In this document: positions 29,481 through 39,428 of the stretch, piece after piece
Position numbering within the stretch: position 1 is the first letter of the stretch
Layout of the letters: each line of letters begins with the position of its first letter
From: an uncultured Pseudomonadales bacterium
GTDB taxonomy: Bacteria > Patescibacteriota > Microgenomatia > UBA1400 > MFAQ01
Length of the DNA stretch: 64,000 nucleotides
Direction of reading: 5' to 3'
NCBI GenBank assembly: GCA_964439805.1
Contig: CAYTOI010000001.1
Location: 3,573-67,572 of the forward strand
Notes under the pieces: model-generated
The model's database searches: none
The model's input: only the letters and a program-made list of their open reading frames with translations
What the model was told of the DNA's origin: nothing
Program-made: the position numbers and the translations under genes

Positions 29481-30297
29481 CTAGTGTTCTCACTTTTCTA
29501 ATTTCCATTAAGGCCTGAACTGTTTCACCTATTCCCGGAGCTTTTCCATGCCAACTATAATTATTTTCCATGAAATCAACTCCCTTACCAGGTGTTGTTC
29601 TCAAAATTATCACACTTGGTTTTTCATGTACCACTTCCGTCTTTTTATATGCGTCAATAATTTCATCATGGTTATGCCCATCAACTTCCAAAGCAAAAAA
29701 TCCAAATGCTTCCAATTTTTCTTTTAGTGGATTAAGTGGCATCACGTCGTCAGTAAAACCATCAATCTGAATATTATTTCTATCTATCATTACTAGCAAG
29801 TTACTTAATTTAAATTTTGCTGCACTCATGTATGCTTCCCAAACTTGCCCCTCATCTTGCTCTCCATCTCCCATAAAACAAACAGTTTTTCTTTTTTTGT
29901 TTTGCATTTTATCAGCCAATGCCATCCCCACCGCCACACTAATTCCCTGACCGAGAGGACCACTACTATTTTCAATACCAGGCAACAACTTTGCCACAGG
30001 GTGACCCTGCAATCTTGTACCCAATTTTCTCAAACTAGAAAGTTCTTCTTTAGGAAAATATCCGGCCTCTGCTAGTGTTGCGTAAAGCACAGGACAATAG
30101 TGCCCAGCAGACAGAACTAGCCTGTCCCTATTCTCATTCCAGGGATCATGGGGAAAATGGTTGAGCAAATCTCCAAAATATAATGTGGCAAAAAAATCAG
30201 CAGAGCCCAAAGCTCCAGCCGGATGACCAGAACCAGCCTCAAGAAGCATCTTCAAAATTTCTTCACGAATAACACTCGCCTTAACACTCAAATCCAT
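29458..30297 (-). CDS. transketolase, N-terminal (thiamine-diphosphate-binding) subunit
   Basis: 279 aa; GSGHPAGALG, GHYCPVLYA, GDGEQDEGQVWEA motifs. Confidence 0.85.
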   Translation of the reverse strand: MDLSVKASVIREEILKMLLEAGSGHPAGALGSADFFATLYFGDLLNHFPHDPWNENRDRLVLSAGHYCPVLYATLAEAGYFPKEELSSLRKLGTRLQGHPVAKLLPGIENSSGPLGQGISVAVGMALADKMQNKKRKTVCFMGDGEQDEGQVWEAYMSAAKFKLSNLLVMIDRNNIQIDGFTDDVMPLNPLKEKLEAFGFFALEVDGHNHDEIIDAYKKTEVVHEKPSVIILRTTPGKGVDFMENNYSWHGKAPGIGETVQALMEIRKVRTLDGRISND

Positions 30298-30315
30298 ACT
30301 TTAATATTAGCACCG

Positions 30316-30945
30316 TCACTCCATAAACGCCGTCTCTCCACTTCCGGTATCAGCAGGGTGAGTTTCGTGACCTTCTCTTTCGTCATCAAAATCTTGTAGA
30401 TACTTTAGTACCATTTCAGGAGTAGTTGCAATCTTATACACCTTAAGAGAGTCAGGTCTAGAATCAGCTATTCTCATATTTGCAACGAGTGCTTCCATGA
30501 TCGGAAACCAGAAGTCCCCATACAAAATAAATGGTTTATGGTGTCCAAAGTATAAGTAAGCCAAACCCCATGCCATTCCGAACTCAGATAAAGTTCCAGT
30601 TCCTCCATTAAAAATTACATACGCATTTCCCAGCTCAAGGAGCTTCATGGTTCTATCCACATAGTTATTCATAATAATTTCCTTGTCAGCTTTATTAAAG
30701 TGATCTTTACCTTCAAAATTTTCAATAAACTTAGGATAAAATGTGGCCACCTCTGCCACCCCACCACCTTCATGAGCGCCATCAGTAGCCGCCCTCATTA
30801 CTCCCGGACCTCCACCATTTACAATCTCGAGTCCATTAACAGCCAGCAAACGTGCCACTTCCTTTGTTTCTTGATACAAAGGGTCATCTTCGGTACAATC
30901 CGCAAAGCCAAAAAAAGTAATTGCCTTCAAGTTCTTAAATGCCAT
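30316..30945 (-). CDS. LOG-family protein (TIGR00730 Rossmann-fold nucleotide-binding, lysine-decarboxylase-like)
   Basis: 209 aa; GGGPGVM and GGTGTLSE motifs. Confidence 0.75.
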   Translation of the reverse strand: MAFKNLKAITFFGFADCTEDDPLYQETKEVARLLAVNGLEIVNGGGPGVMRAATDGAHEGGGVAEVATFYPKFIENFEGKDHFNKADKEIIMNNYVDRTMKLLELGNAYVIFNGGTGTLSEFGMAWGLAYLYFGHHKPFILYGDFWFPIMEALVANMRIADSRPDSLKVYKIATTPEMVLKYLQDFDDEREGHETHPADTGSGETAFME

Positions 30946-30973
30946 AGTTAAATATTACCATCAAACCTACTAC

Positions 30974-31663
30974 CTAAACCCCACTCAAATTTACAAGCTT
31001 TAAATATTCTTCCTCTATATTTTCTGCTTTAAAAAGCTCGCTTCCCACTGCAAACTCCAATTTACCAAAGTTTCTATCCAGTTCATCCTCCGCAATTTCC
31101 TCTGCCCACTCTGCTTCAAAACATCTTTTAATATCCTTGCCATCTATTCCTCCATCAAGAATTATTTTTATATTTTTATCAATTTTTCTAATTTCTTTTA
31201 TTTTTTCCAAAACCTTTTCATCAAAGTCCTCCTTACCTTGTGAACCCAATTTCGAACTCATCAAAAGAACTGCATCCAAATTATTTATTACCTCATCCAA
31301 ACCAGTCAAGGGTGTTTCCAAAGCATAAGCCAAACCCGCCCTAAGTCCTGCAAACTGAGCATCAGCTATAAAAGCCACTTTATCACTCATTTTTTCCACT
31401 TGTCCGTAAACTGCAGTAATTCCCGCTTCCACACATCTATCAATCCATTCGTGAGGTTCTTCTACCATCAAGTGTGCTTCAAATTCAATTTCAATTGGTA
31501 GGTCGACTTCTTTAAGCGCCTCAGGAATCACTGTTATGGCTGGAGCAAATTTCCCATCAACAATGTCAACTTGCACTTTCTTTGCGAACGATTTTACCTT
31601 TTCAGCCTTTTCCAAAAAGGAAGTAATATCTTTTTCTAATATTGCTGGTACTATAGTTACCAT
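30974..31663 (-). CDS. rpe: ribulose-phosphate 3-epimerase
   Basis: 229 aa; TIM barrel with VQVDIVDGKFAP and HLMV motifs; operon with rpiB and transketolase. Confidence 0.7.
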   Translation of the reverse strand: MVTIVPAILEKDITSFLEKAEKVKSFAKKVQVDIVDGKFAPAITVIPEALKEVDLPIEIEFEAHLMVEEPHEWIDRCVEAGITAVYGQVEKMSDKVAFIADAQFAGLRAGLAYALETPLTGLDEVINNLDAVLLMSSKLGSQGKEDFDEKVLEKIKEIRKIDKNIKIILDGGIDGKDIKRCFEAEWAEEIAEDELDRNFGKLEFAVGSELFKAENIEEEYLKLVNLSGV

Positions 31664-32100
31664 TTTTGTTCTAAATTATTAACCTTATTAAATCTTCTAA
31701 TATATTTTTCTTCGGTCGAAAATTCTGTACTCAAAAAGAGCTTAATCATCTCTCTAACTCCCTCGTCAGTGCAATAATCTACAGGTATTGCCAAGGCATT
31801 TATATTATCGTCTAACCTCCCTCTTCTTACCGCTTCAGGTCCAAACCCAAGTCCACATCGCACTCCTCTAAATTTATTGGCTACAATGCACATCCCCATA
31901 CCATTGCGACAAAACAATATTACCCTATCACCTTCTTTCATTTCTCCAATGGCTTTTTGTGCGTAGTCTACATAATCATCATCTCCAGTAAGCTGATACG
32001 CACCCATGTCTTCCACTTCATATCCTTTCTCATCCAAAAAATCCACAATCTTTTCTTTGGCCTCAAAACCTCCATGATCAGCTGCAAGTATTACTCTCAT
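31657..32100 (-). CDS. rpiB: ribose-5-phosphate isomerase B (RpiB/LacAB family)
   Basis: MRVILAADHGG start, CRNGMGM catalytic region; start at internal Met of 32115 ORF. Confidence 0.8.
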   Translation of the reverse strand: MRVILAADHGGFEAKEKIVDFLDEKGYEVEDMGAYQLTGDDDYVDYAQKAIGEMKEGDRVILFCRNGMGMCIVANKFRGVRCGLGFGPEAVRRGRLDDNINALAIPVDYCTDEGVREMIKLFLSTEFSTEEKYIRRFNKVNNLEQKW

Positions 32101-32138
32101 ATCTAATGATATCAAATCTTGTCATTCCCACACACCAA

Positions 32139-32861
32139 TTATTTATTCAACAGCTCAGTAACTTTCTCGTAAGCATCCAAGTCACTCACCACCAACCAAC
32201 CTCTTTCTTTAGCCACTTCCAACAACTTCTCTGTTGGATTTATACAAACCGGGTTTTTCACTCTCTCCAACATTCCGATATCATTTTCCGAATCGCCAAA
32301 AGCAAAGTTATTACCACTGTATCTAGACAACAAATTCTCCACTACATGTTTACCATCAGCCAAAGAACTCATTATATTCCCCGTAAACTTGCCATCCAAA
32401 ACCTCGAATTCAGTACTTAGAAATCCATCCATCTCAAATTTTTCCTTTATTACTTCAGACACAAACTGTGGACCAGCAGTTACTAAATATATTTCATGAG
32501 TCTTTTTCAATTCCGGCAGCAATTGCTCAAAATATGAGTAAAAATTATCTTTGTTTTCTCCAAAAAAATCTTTCGTCTTTTCTTTAACGTCATTATAGTT
32601 AACACCCTTTAGTGATTCAGCCCATATCTGCAACAAAAAAACTGCTGTTTCTGAGTAGCTAATTAAACCTTCCTTATACTCTTTTGACTTTTCCAGCATT
32701 TTAGCAAATACAGATTCCTCCAAAACCTTTTCTTTAACCAAATATTTTGTTAAAGAAAAAATAGAATACTCCTTAAAGATTGTCATGTCTAAATCAAACA
32801 AAGCAATAGATTTTTTTGTATTCATATTTTTATACTCCAAAATCAGTTCTACCCTCTTCAA
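32139..32861 (-). CDS. HAD-superfamily hydrolase (subfamily IB, phosphoserine-phosphatase-like)
   Basis: 240 aa; motif I FDLDMT, motif IV FGDSENDIGM. Confidence 0.7.
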   Translation of the reverse strand: MKRVELILEYKNMNTKKSIALFDLDMTIFKEYSIFSLTKYLVKEKVLEESVFAKMLEKSKEYKEGLISYSETAVFLLQIWAESLKGVNYNDVKEKTKDFFGENKDNFYSYFEQLLPELKKTHEIYLVTAGPQFVSEVIKEKFEMDGFLSTEFEVLDGKFTGNIMSSLADGKHVVENLLSRYSGNNFAFGDSENDIGMLERVKNPVCINPTEKLLEVAKERGWLVVSDLDAYEKVTELLNK

Positions 32862-33546
32862 TCTTCTTAAGTATTTCCTCAGCTTCTCGCAAACGAATAG
32901 TTAAGTTGTGGGTTTTTGCTATTTCCACCGACTCTTTAATATACTTTAAAGCTTCATCTTTTTTACTATCCATAGCGCTGGCAATGGCCAACTTGTTCAA
33001 ACAACCAGTTTCCCAAACTCTTGGAGCGTACTGAGTCATGTCTCCAGTTCTAATATCTTCCAAGGCTTCCAAAACTACTTTTATTCCTTCTTCTTTTTTG
33101 CCCATTTTGTACATTATTCCACCAATATGTGCCTTAAGATTTCCCTTCTCACACCTATCTGCTGGCGAAACATCGAAGGCCTTTTGGAAATAAACCAATG
33201 ATTCTTCTATCTTTCCACTCATCAATAGCCCATCACCATAGCATCGAAAACCAATCGACTGATTGTAAGGAGTAACAGTTTCACTATTTTCCTCAACCAC
33301 TTTATAACTCTCATAGGCATATGCCAAGGTTAATCTCTTAAACGTTTCATTATTCCCTTTTCCTATCTGATGTTTCATCACCAAGCTCATACCACCAAAA
33401 GCATGCACCAAGCCATTAAATTCCTCCTCTTTAACACAATCCAGCAAACATTCCATGTAAGCTTTTGCAGACTCACCATATTTTTCTTCTTCTCTCAAAG
33501 TATTGGCTTTTGCCAACCTCTCTTCCATTTCTTTTGTCATATGCAA
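32830..33546 (-). CDS. hypothetical protein, TPR-like helical repeats
   Basis: 238 aa, all-helical repeat-like sequence; weak. Confidence 0.35.
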   Translation of the reverse strand: MHMTKEMEERLAKANTLREEEKYGESAKAYMECLLDCVKEEEFNGLVHAFGGMSLVMKHQIGKGNNETFKRLTLAYAYESYKVVEENSETVTPYNQSIGFRCYGDGLLMSGKIEESLVYFQKAFDVSPADRCEKGNLKAHIGGIMYKMGKKEEGIKVVLEALEDIRTGDMTQYAPRVWETGCLNKLAIASAMDSKKDEALKYIKESVEIAKTHNLTIRLREAEEILKKIEEGRTDFGV

Positions 33547-33565
33547 TTATAATAACACTATAAAT

Positions 33566-34714
33566 ATGACAGATTTAAACAGGTTTAAGTTGGCTTCTAT
33601 CGTAACAGGTTCACCCTTTTGGGTATCAACAATTATCATATATTTCAATTCAAAAGGAATAAACCTTCCAGAGGTTTTTAAATTAATCAGCTTCTATCAA
33701 ATTTCCATAGTTCTACTAGAATACCCAACAGGAGTAATTGGTGATTATTTTTCGCACAAAACATCTATCACTATCGGATATCTCATTGCCGCACTTAGTT
33801 TGTTAATTTCAACTATTCAAATGCCAATTGTTTTTTATTATATTTTTATCTTTATACTTGCCATAGGTGTCACCTTAGTCTCAGGCAGTAACACTGCACT
33901 GCTTCACAAACTTTCAACTGACTTCAAAAAAGACTCATCTTCTTTAAAATCAATTTCCTTAATTTGGTCACTTATTGCAATATCTCTAGGTGGAGTTGTA
34001 GGAAATTACAACATAAATTATCCAACATATCTTTCAGGCACTGCCTTTTTTATTGGTTTTTTGATTATGCTCACCATAAAATACTCTGAAGAAAAAAGCA
34101 AAGAAGGTAATATTTTTAGCAAGGCAAAAGAAGGAATTGTTACAATAAAAAATAATCCTATCTTGTTGTCTGTGTTAACAGTCAATGCAATAATTTCTGG
34201 AATATTCCTTAGCGCCAAATGGTTTTACAACCCATTTTTTCAACAAGCTCAATTAAACATTTATTATTGGGGATTCCTAATTAGTGCAGCCACTTTGTCT
34301 ACAATCTTGGGTGTATATACTTACAAAAAGACTAAAGGTAATAGATTGTTGGTAAATTTTTTATTTTTAATTCTTTTGCTCTTTGTAACTTCGCTTGGAA
34401 TGTTTGGCTATACCAATTTAGCACTAGTTGCCCTATTTGCTGCCCATGCTGTAGGAGGAGGATATATACAAACTCTTCTGGAGGTAGATATCAATAATCA
34501 TATCAATGACTCAACCAGGGCCAGCGTACTTTCATTTGGTAGTTTGCTCATAGGACTTTTTTCTTCAATATATATTTATTTTATAGGTATTGTCTTGAAA
34601 CACTTCAATATATCCTACCTGTTTATATTTACAGGCATTTTACTTTTACTAGTTGGACTACCACTTACAATAAAAGTTAAAAAACATCTCAATCTATCCC
34701 CAGCTCAGCCCTAA
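33566..34714 (+). CDS. MFS-type transporter
   Basis: ~383 aa from internal Met; 10-12 predicted TM helices in two halves. Confidence 0.55.
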   Translation: MTDLNRFKLASIVTGSPFWVSTIIIYFNSKGINLPEVFKLISFYQISIVLLEYPTGVIGDYFSHKTSITIGYLIAALSLLISTIQMPIVFYYIFIFILAIGVTLVSGSNTALLHKLSTDFKKDSSSLKSISLIWSLIAISLGGVVGNYNINYPTYLSGTAFFIGFLIMLTIKYSEEKSKEGNIFSKAKEGIVTIKNNPILLSVLTVNAIISGIFLSAKWFYNPFFQQAQLNIYYWGFLISAATLSTILGVYTYKKTKGNRLLVNFLFLILLLFVTSLGMFGYTNLALVALFAAHAVGGGYIQTLLEVDINNHINDSTRASVLSFGSLLIGLFSSIYIYFIGIVLKHFNISYLFIFTGILLLLVGLPLTIKVKKHLNLSPAQP

Positions 34715-34991
34715 CTTCTTCAGAAATCAGCTCCTTGCTCCAAGGTGGATCCCAAATCAGCTCTACGTGTAAATTCTTTACTTCCTTAATTTCTGCTACC
34801 GCCTTCTTCACCTCACTATCTATTACCGGCGCCAAAGGGCATCCGGGACTTGTGAGGGTAAGGTCTACCTCTGCTTCCCCATCTTCAAAACGAATGTCAT
34901 AAATAAGACCAAGAGACACAATATCAATTCCCAGTTCCGGGTCCAAAACTTTTTTCAACGCCTCCCTAATTTTTTCTTCTACAGTAATCAT
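34689..34991 (-). CDS. Fe-S cluster assembly protein SufT-like (DUF59/MIP18 family)
   Basis: 100 aa; LDPELGIDIVSLGLIY and TSPGCP motifs typical of DUF59. Confidence 0.7.
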   Translation of the reverse strand: MITVEEKIREALKKVLDPELGIDIVSLGLIYDIRFEDGEAEVDLTLTSPGCPLAPVIDSEVKKAVAEIKEVKNLHVELIWDPPWSKELISEEVRAELGID

Positions 34992-35704
34992 TAATAAAAC
35001 TTTTCATAATTAATTAACTCTTCTGGAACTTGCTTTTCTCTAAGTTTATTTTTCATCTGTTCAATCATTTCCGTAGCTCCACACAGGTACCATACGGTAT
35101 TTCCAAAAGACAAGGTTTCCAAATCATCTCCCACATGCCCTGTTTTTCCACTCCACTCGGTTTCTGGTTGAGATAAATATATTTCAAAATCAAAGTTCGC
35201 GTACTTTTCTTTCAAGTCATTCATCTGACTTACCCAGTAAATTCCTCTTTTGTGTCTTAGTCCCCACCACAAAATAATTTTCCCTTTAAAGCCACTATCT
35301 AACAGCTTAGTTATCATTGGTAAAAATGGCGCTACTCCAGTACCTGTTGCCACAAAATAAACTGTTTCTACCGACATTGCTTCTTTCACTTCCAAAACAA
35401 ACCTTCCCAAAAACCCCATTACTTCTACCTCATCCCCCACAACCAAATTGTTTATATATACCGAACCTAAGCCCATTGGGCTGATGTCTACCACCAGCTT
35501 TACAATTTTATCTTTGTATTCCGCTACCGAATAAGATCTTCTTACTCCATTTTCACTAACCTTAAGACTCACATATTGCCCTGGTTCATAACTACAATCC
35601 TCTCCAAGCTCAATATCTATCTCAAAAATATTCTCCGCAATAACAATCTTCTTAATCACTTTACCCATTTGTTTTCTAGGACCAGTTACACTTTTTAAAA
35701 TCAT
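34991..35704 (-). CDS. ferredoxin--NADP reductase-like oxidoreductase (FAD/NAD(P)-binding)
   Basis: 237 aa; RRSYSV (RxYS FAD-binding) and GTGVAPFLPM NAD-binding motifs. Confidence 0.7.
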   Translation of the reverse strand: MILKSVTGPRKQMGKVIKKIVIAENIFEIDIELGEDCSYEPGQYVSLKVSENGVRRSYSVAEYKDKIVKLVVDISPMGLGSVYINNLVVGDEVEVMGFLGRFVLEVKEAMSVETVYFVATGTGVAPFLPMITKLLDSGFKGKIILWWGLRHKRGIYWVSQMNDLKEKYANFDFEIYLSQPETEWSGKTGHVGDDLETLSFGNTVWYLCGATEMIEQMKNKLREKQVPEELINYEKFY

Positions 35705-36417
35705 TTAATCAAAAAATAAGCTATTCCAAAAAGGAAAATAGCCATTAATAATCTAAGCTGTTTATTGTATTTATGTTCCCACTCCTTCATCTCTACCACC
35801 TTTTTACCTCCTGCCATCACAAGCAAAATAACAAGTATTGGCAATATAAAAACAAAGTTATAGTACAAAAAATATATCAGCACCTGCCACATAGGTAGAC
35901 CTGACTTTGCCAAGTAAGAAGTCGTGCCAATATAAACAGGTAGCATACAAGGTGTCGAAAATGCCGTAGTCAATACTCCAACAACGACAGCCATTCCAGA
36001 ACCAGCTTTCATCAGAACCAAGTTAATTTTTTCATAGCCTTTACTACTCATTCTCAGGTGAATCGGAAAGTTATCCCAAAACACATCTTTAAATTGAATT
36101 AGTCCTGCCACTGCCAAAATTCCCGCCATTACATATTTAAATACACTGGCCAACCACAAACGTTGCAAGTAGAATGCCAATCCGTAAAAAAATAATCCCA
36201 AAACCAAATAAGTCACAAAAACACTAGCCAAATAAATCAACCCGTCTCTCAGTATTCTTGAGTTCTTGATTCCTTGAGTTCTTGAGTTCTTTTTTGGATC
36301 GTTTTGCGATCCAAAAACAAGTAAATATCCCAAAAAAGTAATCATCATCCCTATCCCACAGGGATTAAGTCCGTTTACCAAAGCCGCACCTGTAAGGGCT
36401 ACTAAATTTATACTCAT
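35701..36417 (-). CDS. CcdA/DsbD-family thiol-disulfide transporter membrane protein; carries in-frame octamer-repeat insert
   Basis: 238 aa, 6 TM, conserved Cys in TM1 (NPCGIG) and TM4 (TPCMLP); insert KNSRTQGIKNSR in a loop. Confidence 0.7.
   Translation of the reverse strand: MSINLVALTGAALVNGLNPCGIGMMITFLGYLLVFGSQNDPKKNSRTQGIKNSRILRDGLIYLASVFVTYLVLGLFFYGLAFYLQRLWLASVFKYVMAGILAVAGLIQFKDVFWDNFPIHLRMSSKGYEKINLVLMKAGSGMAVVVGVLTTAFSTPCMLPVYIGTTSYLAKSGLPMWQVLIYFLYYNFVFILPILVILLVMAGGKKVVEMKEWEHKYNKQLRLLMAIFLFGIAYFLIK
36257..36290. repeat. 8-bp tandem repeat x4 in frame inside ccdA-like gene
   Basis: cttgagttcttgattccttgagttcttgagttct. Confidence 0.8.
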
Positions 36418-37052
36418 TATTTTTTTAGCAACTCTTTCACCTTATCTAATACAAACGGAACTCCCACCTGTTCTCCGTTTATAAATATTGTTGGAGTTCC
36501 AGAAAGTTGCAAATTAGCAGCCAAATTGGCGTCAGCCTGAACAAAATCAGCCACTTCTTTTGACTTCATTGTCGCTTCAAATTTTGTTCCATCTAACCCG
36601 ATACTCTTTGCATACTCCACAAACAAGAGTTCAGGATTTTTGGATTCAGACCACACATCTTGTTTTTCAAACATCACTTCCATCATCTCCCAACCCTTAC
36701 CAAGCACTCTCCCAGCTTCTACTGCTTTTGCCGAAATAACCGAATATTTATGTACATTAGCAGGAAGAGGAAAGTGCCTCATCACAGTTTTTACTCCAGA
36801 CATTGTATCCAAATCTTTAAGAGCAACTTTTGCCACCTTACAAGAAGGACACTGGATGTCAGAAAAACTTACCACTGTAACTTTCGTCTCACCATTTTCT
36901 CGAACAAATCTTGCACCTTCCAAAAGTACGTTTTGGTCCACAGTTGTCGCTGAAGTTGTATTGCTACTCATTTTTGTTAAGCCGAAAATTGCAGCAATTA
37001 CCAGCACCACACTTCCCCCAATTATCAATAAAGTATTTTTTATATCAGTCAT
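36417..37052 (-). CDS. thioredoxin-fold thiol:disulfide oxidoreductase (DsbA-like), membrane-anchored
   Basis: 211 aa; N-terminal TM; CPSC active site. Confidence 0.7.
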   Translation of the reverse strand: MTDIKNTLLIIGGSVVLVIAAIFGLTKMSSNTTSATTVDQNVLLEGARFVRENGETKVTVVSFSDIQCPSCKVAKVALKDLDTMSGVKTVMRHFPLPANVHKYSVISAKAVEAGRVLGKGWEMMEVMFEKQDVWSESKNPELLFVEYAKSIGLDGTKFEATMKSKEVADFVQADANLAANLQLSGTPTIFINGEQVGVPFVLDKVKELLKK

Positions 37053-37438
37053 TTTTTTGTCGCTTTTAATAACGCTCTATAAGCCAAAGTAGCACACTTC
37101 ATTCTACCTGCATTTATCTCTCCACCCATCAATTCTACAATTCCCTCCTCACTAATTTTTTCAATCTCAGAAATTTTCATCCCTATTACTTTTTCCGAAA
37201 GCATACTAGCAGCGGCTGTTGAAATTGCACACCCTACCCCTCGCCACCTAATTTCTTTGATTACCAGCTCTTCATCATCTTGAGTTCTTGATTCCTTGAT
37301 TCCTTGAGTTCTAATCTGTATTTGTATTACATCCCCACAACTAGAATTCGACTCATTTATAGTCACATCCGCCCCCTCCATCTCCCCAAAATTTCTAGGG
37401 TTTTTGTAGTGATCAATTATTTCATCGCGGTAGTCCAT
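37049..37438 (-). CDS. sufU: Fe-S cluster scaffold SufU/NifU-like; carries in-frame octamer-repeat insert
   Basis: 129 aa; conserved Cys in SCGD, GCAIS, KCATLA; insert RTQGIKESRTQDDEE. Confidence 0.8.
   Translation of the reverse strand: MDYRDEIIDHYKNPRNFGEMEGADVTINESNSSCGDVIQIQIRTQGIKESRTQDDEELVIKEIRWRGVGCAISTAAASMLSEKVIGMKISEIEKISEEGIVELMGGEINAGRMKCATLAYRALLKATKK
37279..37312. repeat. 8-bp tandem repeat x4 in frame inside sufU
   Basis: cttgagttcttgattccttgattccttgagttct. Confidence 0.8.
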
Positions 37439-37441
37439 GGT

Positions 37442-38734
37442 CTATATAAATACTTTTGGTACTTCTTTAATTTTTTCTACCAAATAGTTAATTTCTTCTT
37501 TTGTATTGTAAACATAAAAAGTGGCTCTCACCATAGCAGGAATCCCAAAACTTGTAACAAGTGGCGCAGCACAATGCTGACCGGACCGAACCGCAATTCC
37601 AAAATTATTTAGCACCTGAGCCACATCATGAGAGTGCACCCCTTTTACATTAAAGGCCAACGCCCCACCTCTTTCTTCTGGGTCTCTCACTCCATAAACC
37701 TCCACCAAACCTTCATCCTCCAGCACTTTAAATTTTTCCAAAGCATAACCAATTAATTCTTTCTCGTGTTCTCTCACATTGTCCATACCCAAGTTTTCCA
37801 AATAATCCACTGCCGCTCCCAAACCAATTATTCCAGCAATGTCAGGTGTCCCTGCTTCAAACTTACTAGGAATCTCTGCCCAGGTAGTATTTTCCAGCCG
37901 TACTTCTCCAATCATGTCTCCTCCGTACAAAAATGGGTCCATTTTGTTTAGTAAATCTTTCTTTCCCCAAAGTACTCCCGTCCCTGTTGGTCCCAGCATT
38001 TTGTGACCAGAAAAAGCAACAAAGTCAACTGATAATTTTGTAACATCCAATTTCATATGTGGCACCATTTGGGATGCATCCAAAACAATTACAGCTTCAG
38101 GATTTTTCGCTTTTACTTTCTCTACCAACATTTTAATATCTGGCAAAGTTCCAATTGCATTACTTGCTCCAGTCAAAGCAAACAACCTCACTTTCCCATC
38201 AGCAATCAAATCATCCATACTACCAATTAACACATTATCTTGAGTTCTTGAGTTCTTGAGTTCTTGAGTTTTTTCGACCAACTTTCCTTTTTGGTCGACT
38301 TCAACCACCCTAAATTCTGCACCTTTTTCTTTGCAAAGCACCTGCCAAGGAACAAAGTTTGAGTGATGCTCCAATCGCGTCACCAAAACTGCGTCCCCCT
38401 CTTTAATATTTTTCTTTCCCCAGGAATACATCACCAAGTTAAGCGATTCGCTAGCGTTTCTCGTAAAGATTATTTCTTCAGTTCGTCCTCCAATAAACTT
38501 CGCAACTTTTTCTCTGGCCTCGTCTACCATTTTTGTAGACTCTACTGACATGTCGTAAACTCCTCGGTGAATATTGGCATTATTGTTTCTATAATAGTCA
38601 TCCATTGCTCTCAAAACACTCTCAGGTTTCTGACTTGTGGCTCCACTATCCAAATAAACCAAATCTTGCCCATTAACTTTGCGCTTCAAAATCGGAAAAT
38701 CCTGCCTTATTTTATTTACGTCTAACATGTTCAT
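37442..38734 (-). CDS. sufS: cysteine desulfurase SufS; carries in-frame octamer-repeat insert
   Basis: 430 aa; PLP-lysine SGHKMLGPTG; C-terminal catalytic Cys region; insert KTQELKNSRTQD. Confidence 0.85.
   Translation of the reverse strand: MNMLDVNKIRQDFPILKRKVNGQDLVYLDSGATSQKPESVLRAMDDYYRNNNANIHRGVYDMSVESTKMVDEAREKVAKFIGGRTEEIIFTRNASESLNLVMYSWGKKNIKEGDAVLVTRLEHHSNFVPWQVLCKEKGAEFRVVEVDQKGKLVEKTQELKNSRTQDNVLIGSMDDLIADGKVRLFALTGASNAIGTLPDIKMLVEKVKAKNPEAVIVLDASQMVPHMKLDVTKLSVDFVAFSGHKMLGPTGTGVLWGKKDLLNKMDPFLYGGDMIGEVRLENTTWAEIPSKFEAGTPDIAGIIGLGAAVDYLENLGMDNVREHEKELIGYALEKFKVLEDEGLVEVYGVRDPEERGGALAFNVKGVHSHDVAQVLNNFGIAVRSGQHCAAPLVTSFGIPAMVRATFYVYNTKEEINYLVEKIKEVPKVFI
38239..38272. repeat. 8-bp tandem repeat (perfect CTTGAGTT x4) in frame inside sufS
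   Basis: cttgagttcttgagttcttgagttcttgagtttt. Confidence 0.85.
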
Positions 38735-39423
38735 ATTGTACTTAGTTCTTTGTCGCTTTTTAAATAATTCTTTATATCAACTTTTTTCATCGTTCCAAAA
38801 TCACCATAGTCTATTAGATCTATTCCAAAAACTTCTCTCCCTAATTTCTCCGCAATTATCTGGTTCCCTATTAAATTACAATGCAAAAAATCAATGTCTC
38901 CTGGTTTCATTTTCCACTCAATATTTTCCCAAAGATATTTATAACTAAAAACCTTACTCAAGTCATATTTTCCAAACTCCTCATACATATCCACAAACTG
39001 CAAATCTAAATCCACTGACACTTTTTTATAAATATCTCTTATGGTTTCCAACTTTTTACTTACCAATTCATTAATTGTCTTGTATGTCGACCACAAAACT
39101 ACTTTTGATCCTGTACTTTTTATCTTTAAAACAAGTTCTTTGAGCATCTCCTCAACATTACCTTCTAGCTCCAAATGATTAAATCCAAGCGAAAGTATAA
39201 CAACGTCTGGCTTAAATCTACCTATTAAAAACTCAAAACTATTCAAGAAAAAAGGTATAGTTGCCCCATCTTTTCCAGAATTAATTAATTTGGTTTTCCA
39301 ACCACTAATTTCATCTCCCTGCCTCAAGCTAAAATCCAACCAATCAAACCAGTTTGGATGACACCACTCCATACTCGTTGTACTATCTCCAACACAAACT
39401 ATGGTTTTTTGATCGCTATTCAT
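38731..39423 (-). CDS. SGNH/GDSL-family hydrolase
   Basis: 230 aa; GDSTT block I motif, GxND-type downstream blocks; embedded in suf operon. Confidence 0.6.
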   Translation of the reverse strand: MNSDQKTIVCVGDSTTSMEWCHPNWFDWLDFSLRQGDEISGWKTKLINSGKDGATIPFFLNSFEFLIGRFKPDVVILSLGFNHLELEGNVEEMLKELVLKIKSTGSKVVLWSTYKTINELVSKKLETIRDIYKKVSVDLDLQFVDMYEEFGKYDLSKVFSYKYLWENIEWKMKPGDIDFLHCNLIGNQIIAEKLGREVFGIDLIDYGDFGTMKKVDIKNYLKSDKELSTI

Positions 39424-39428
39424 CTTCT

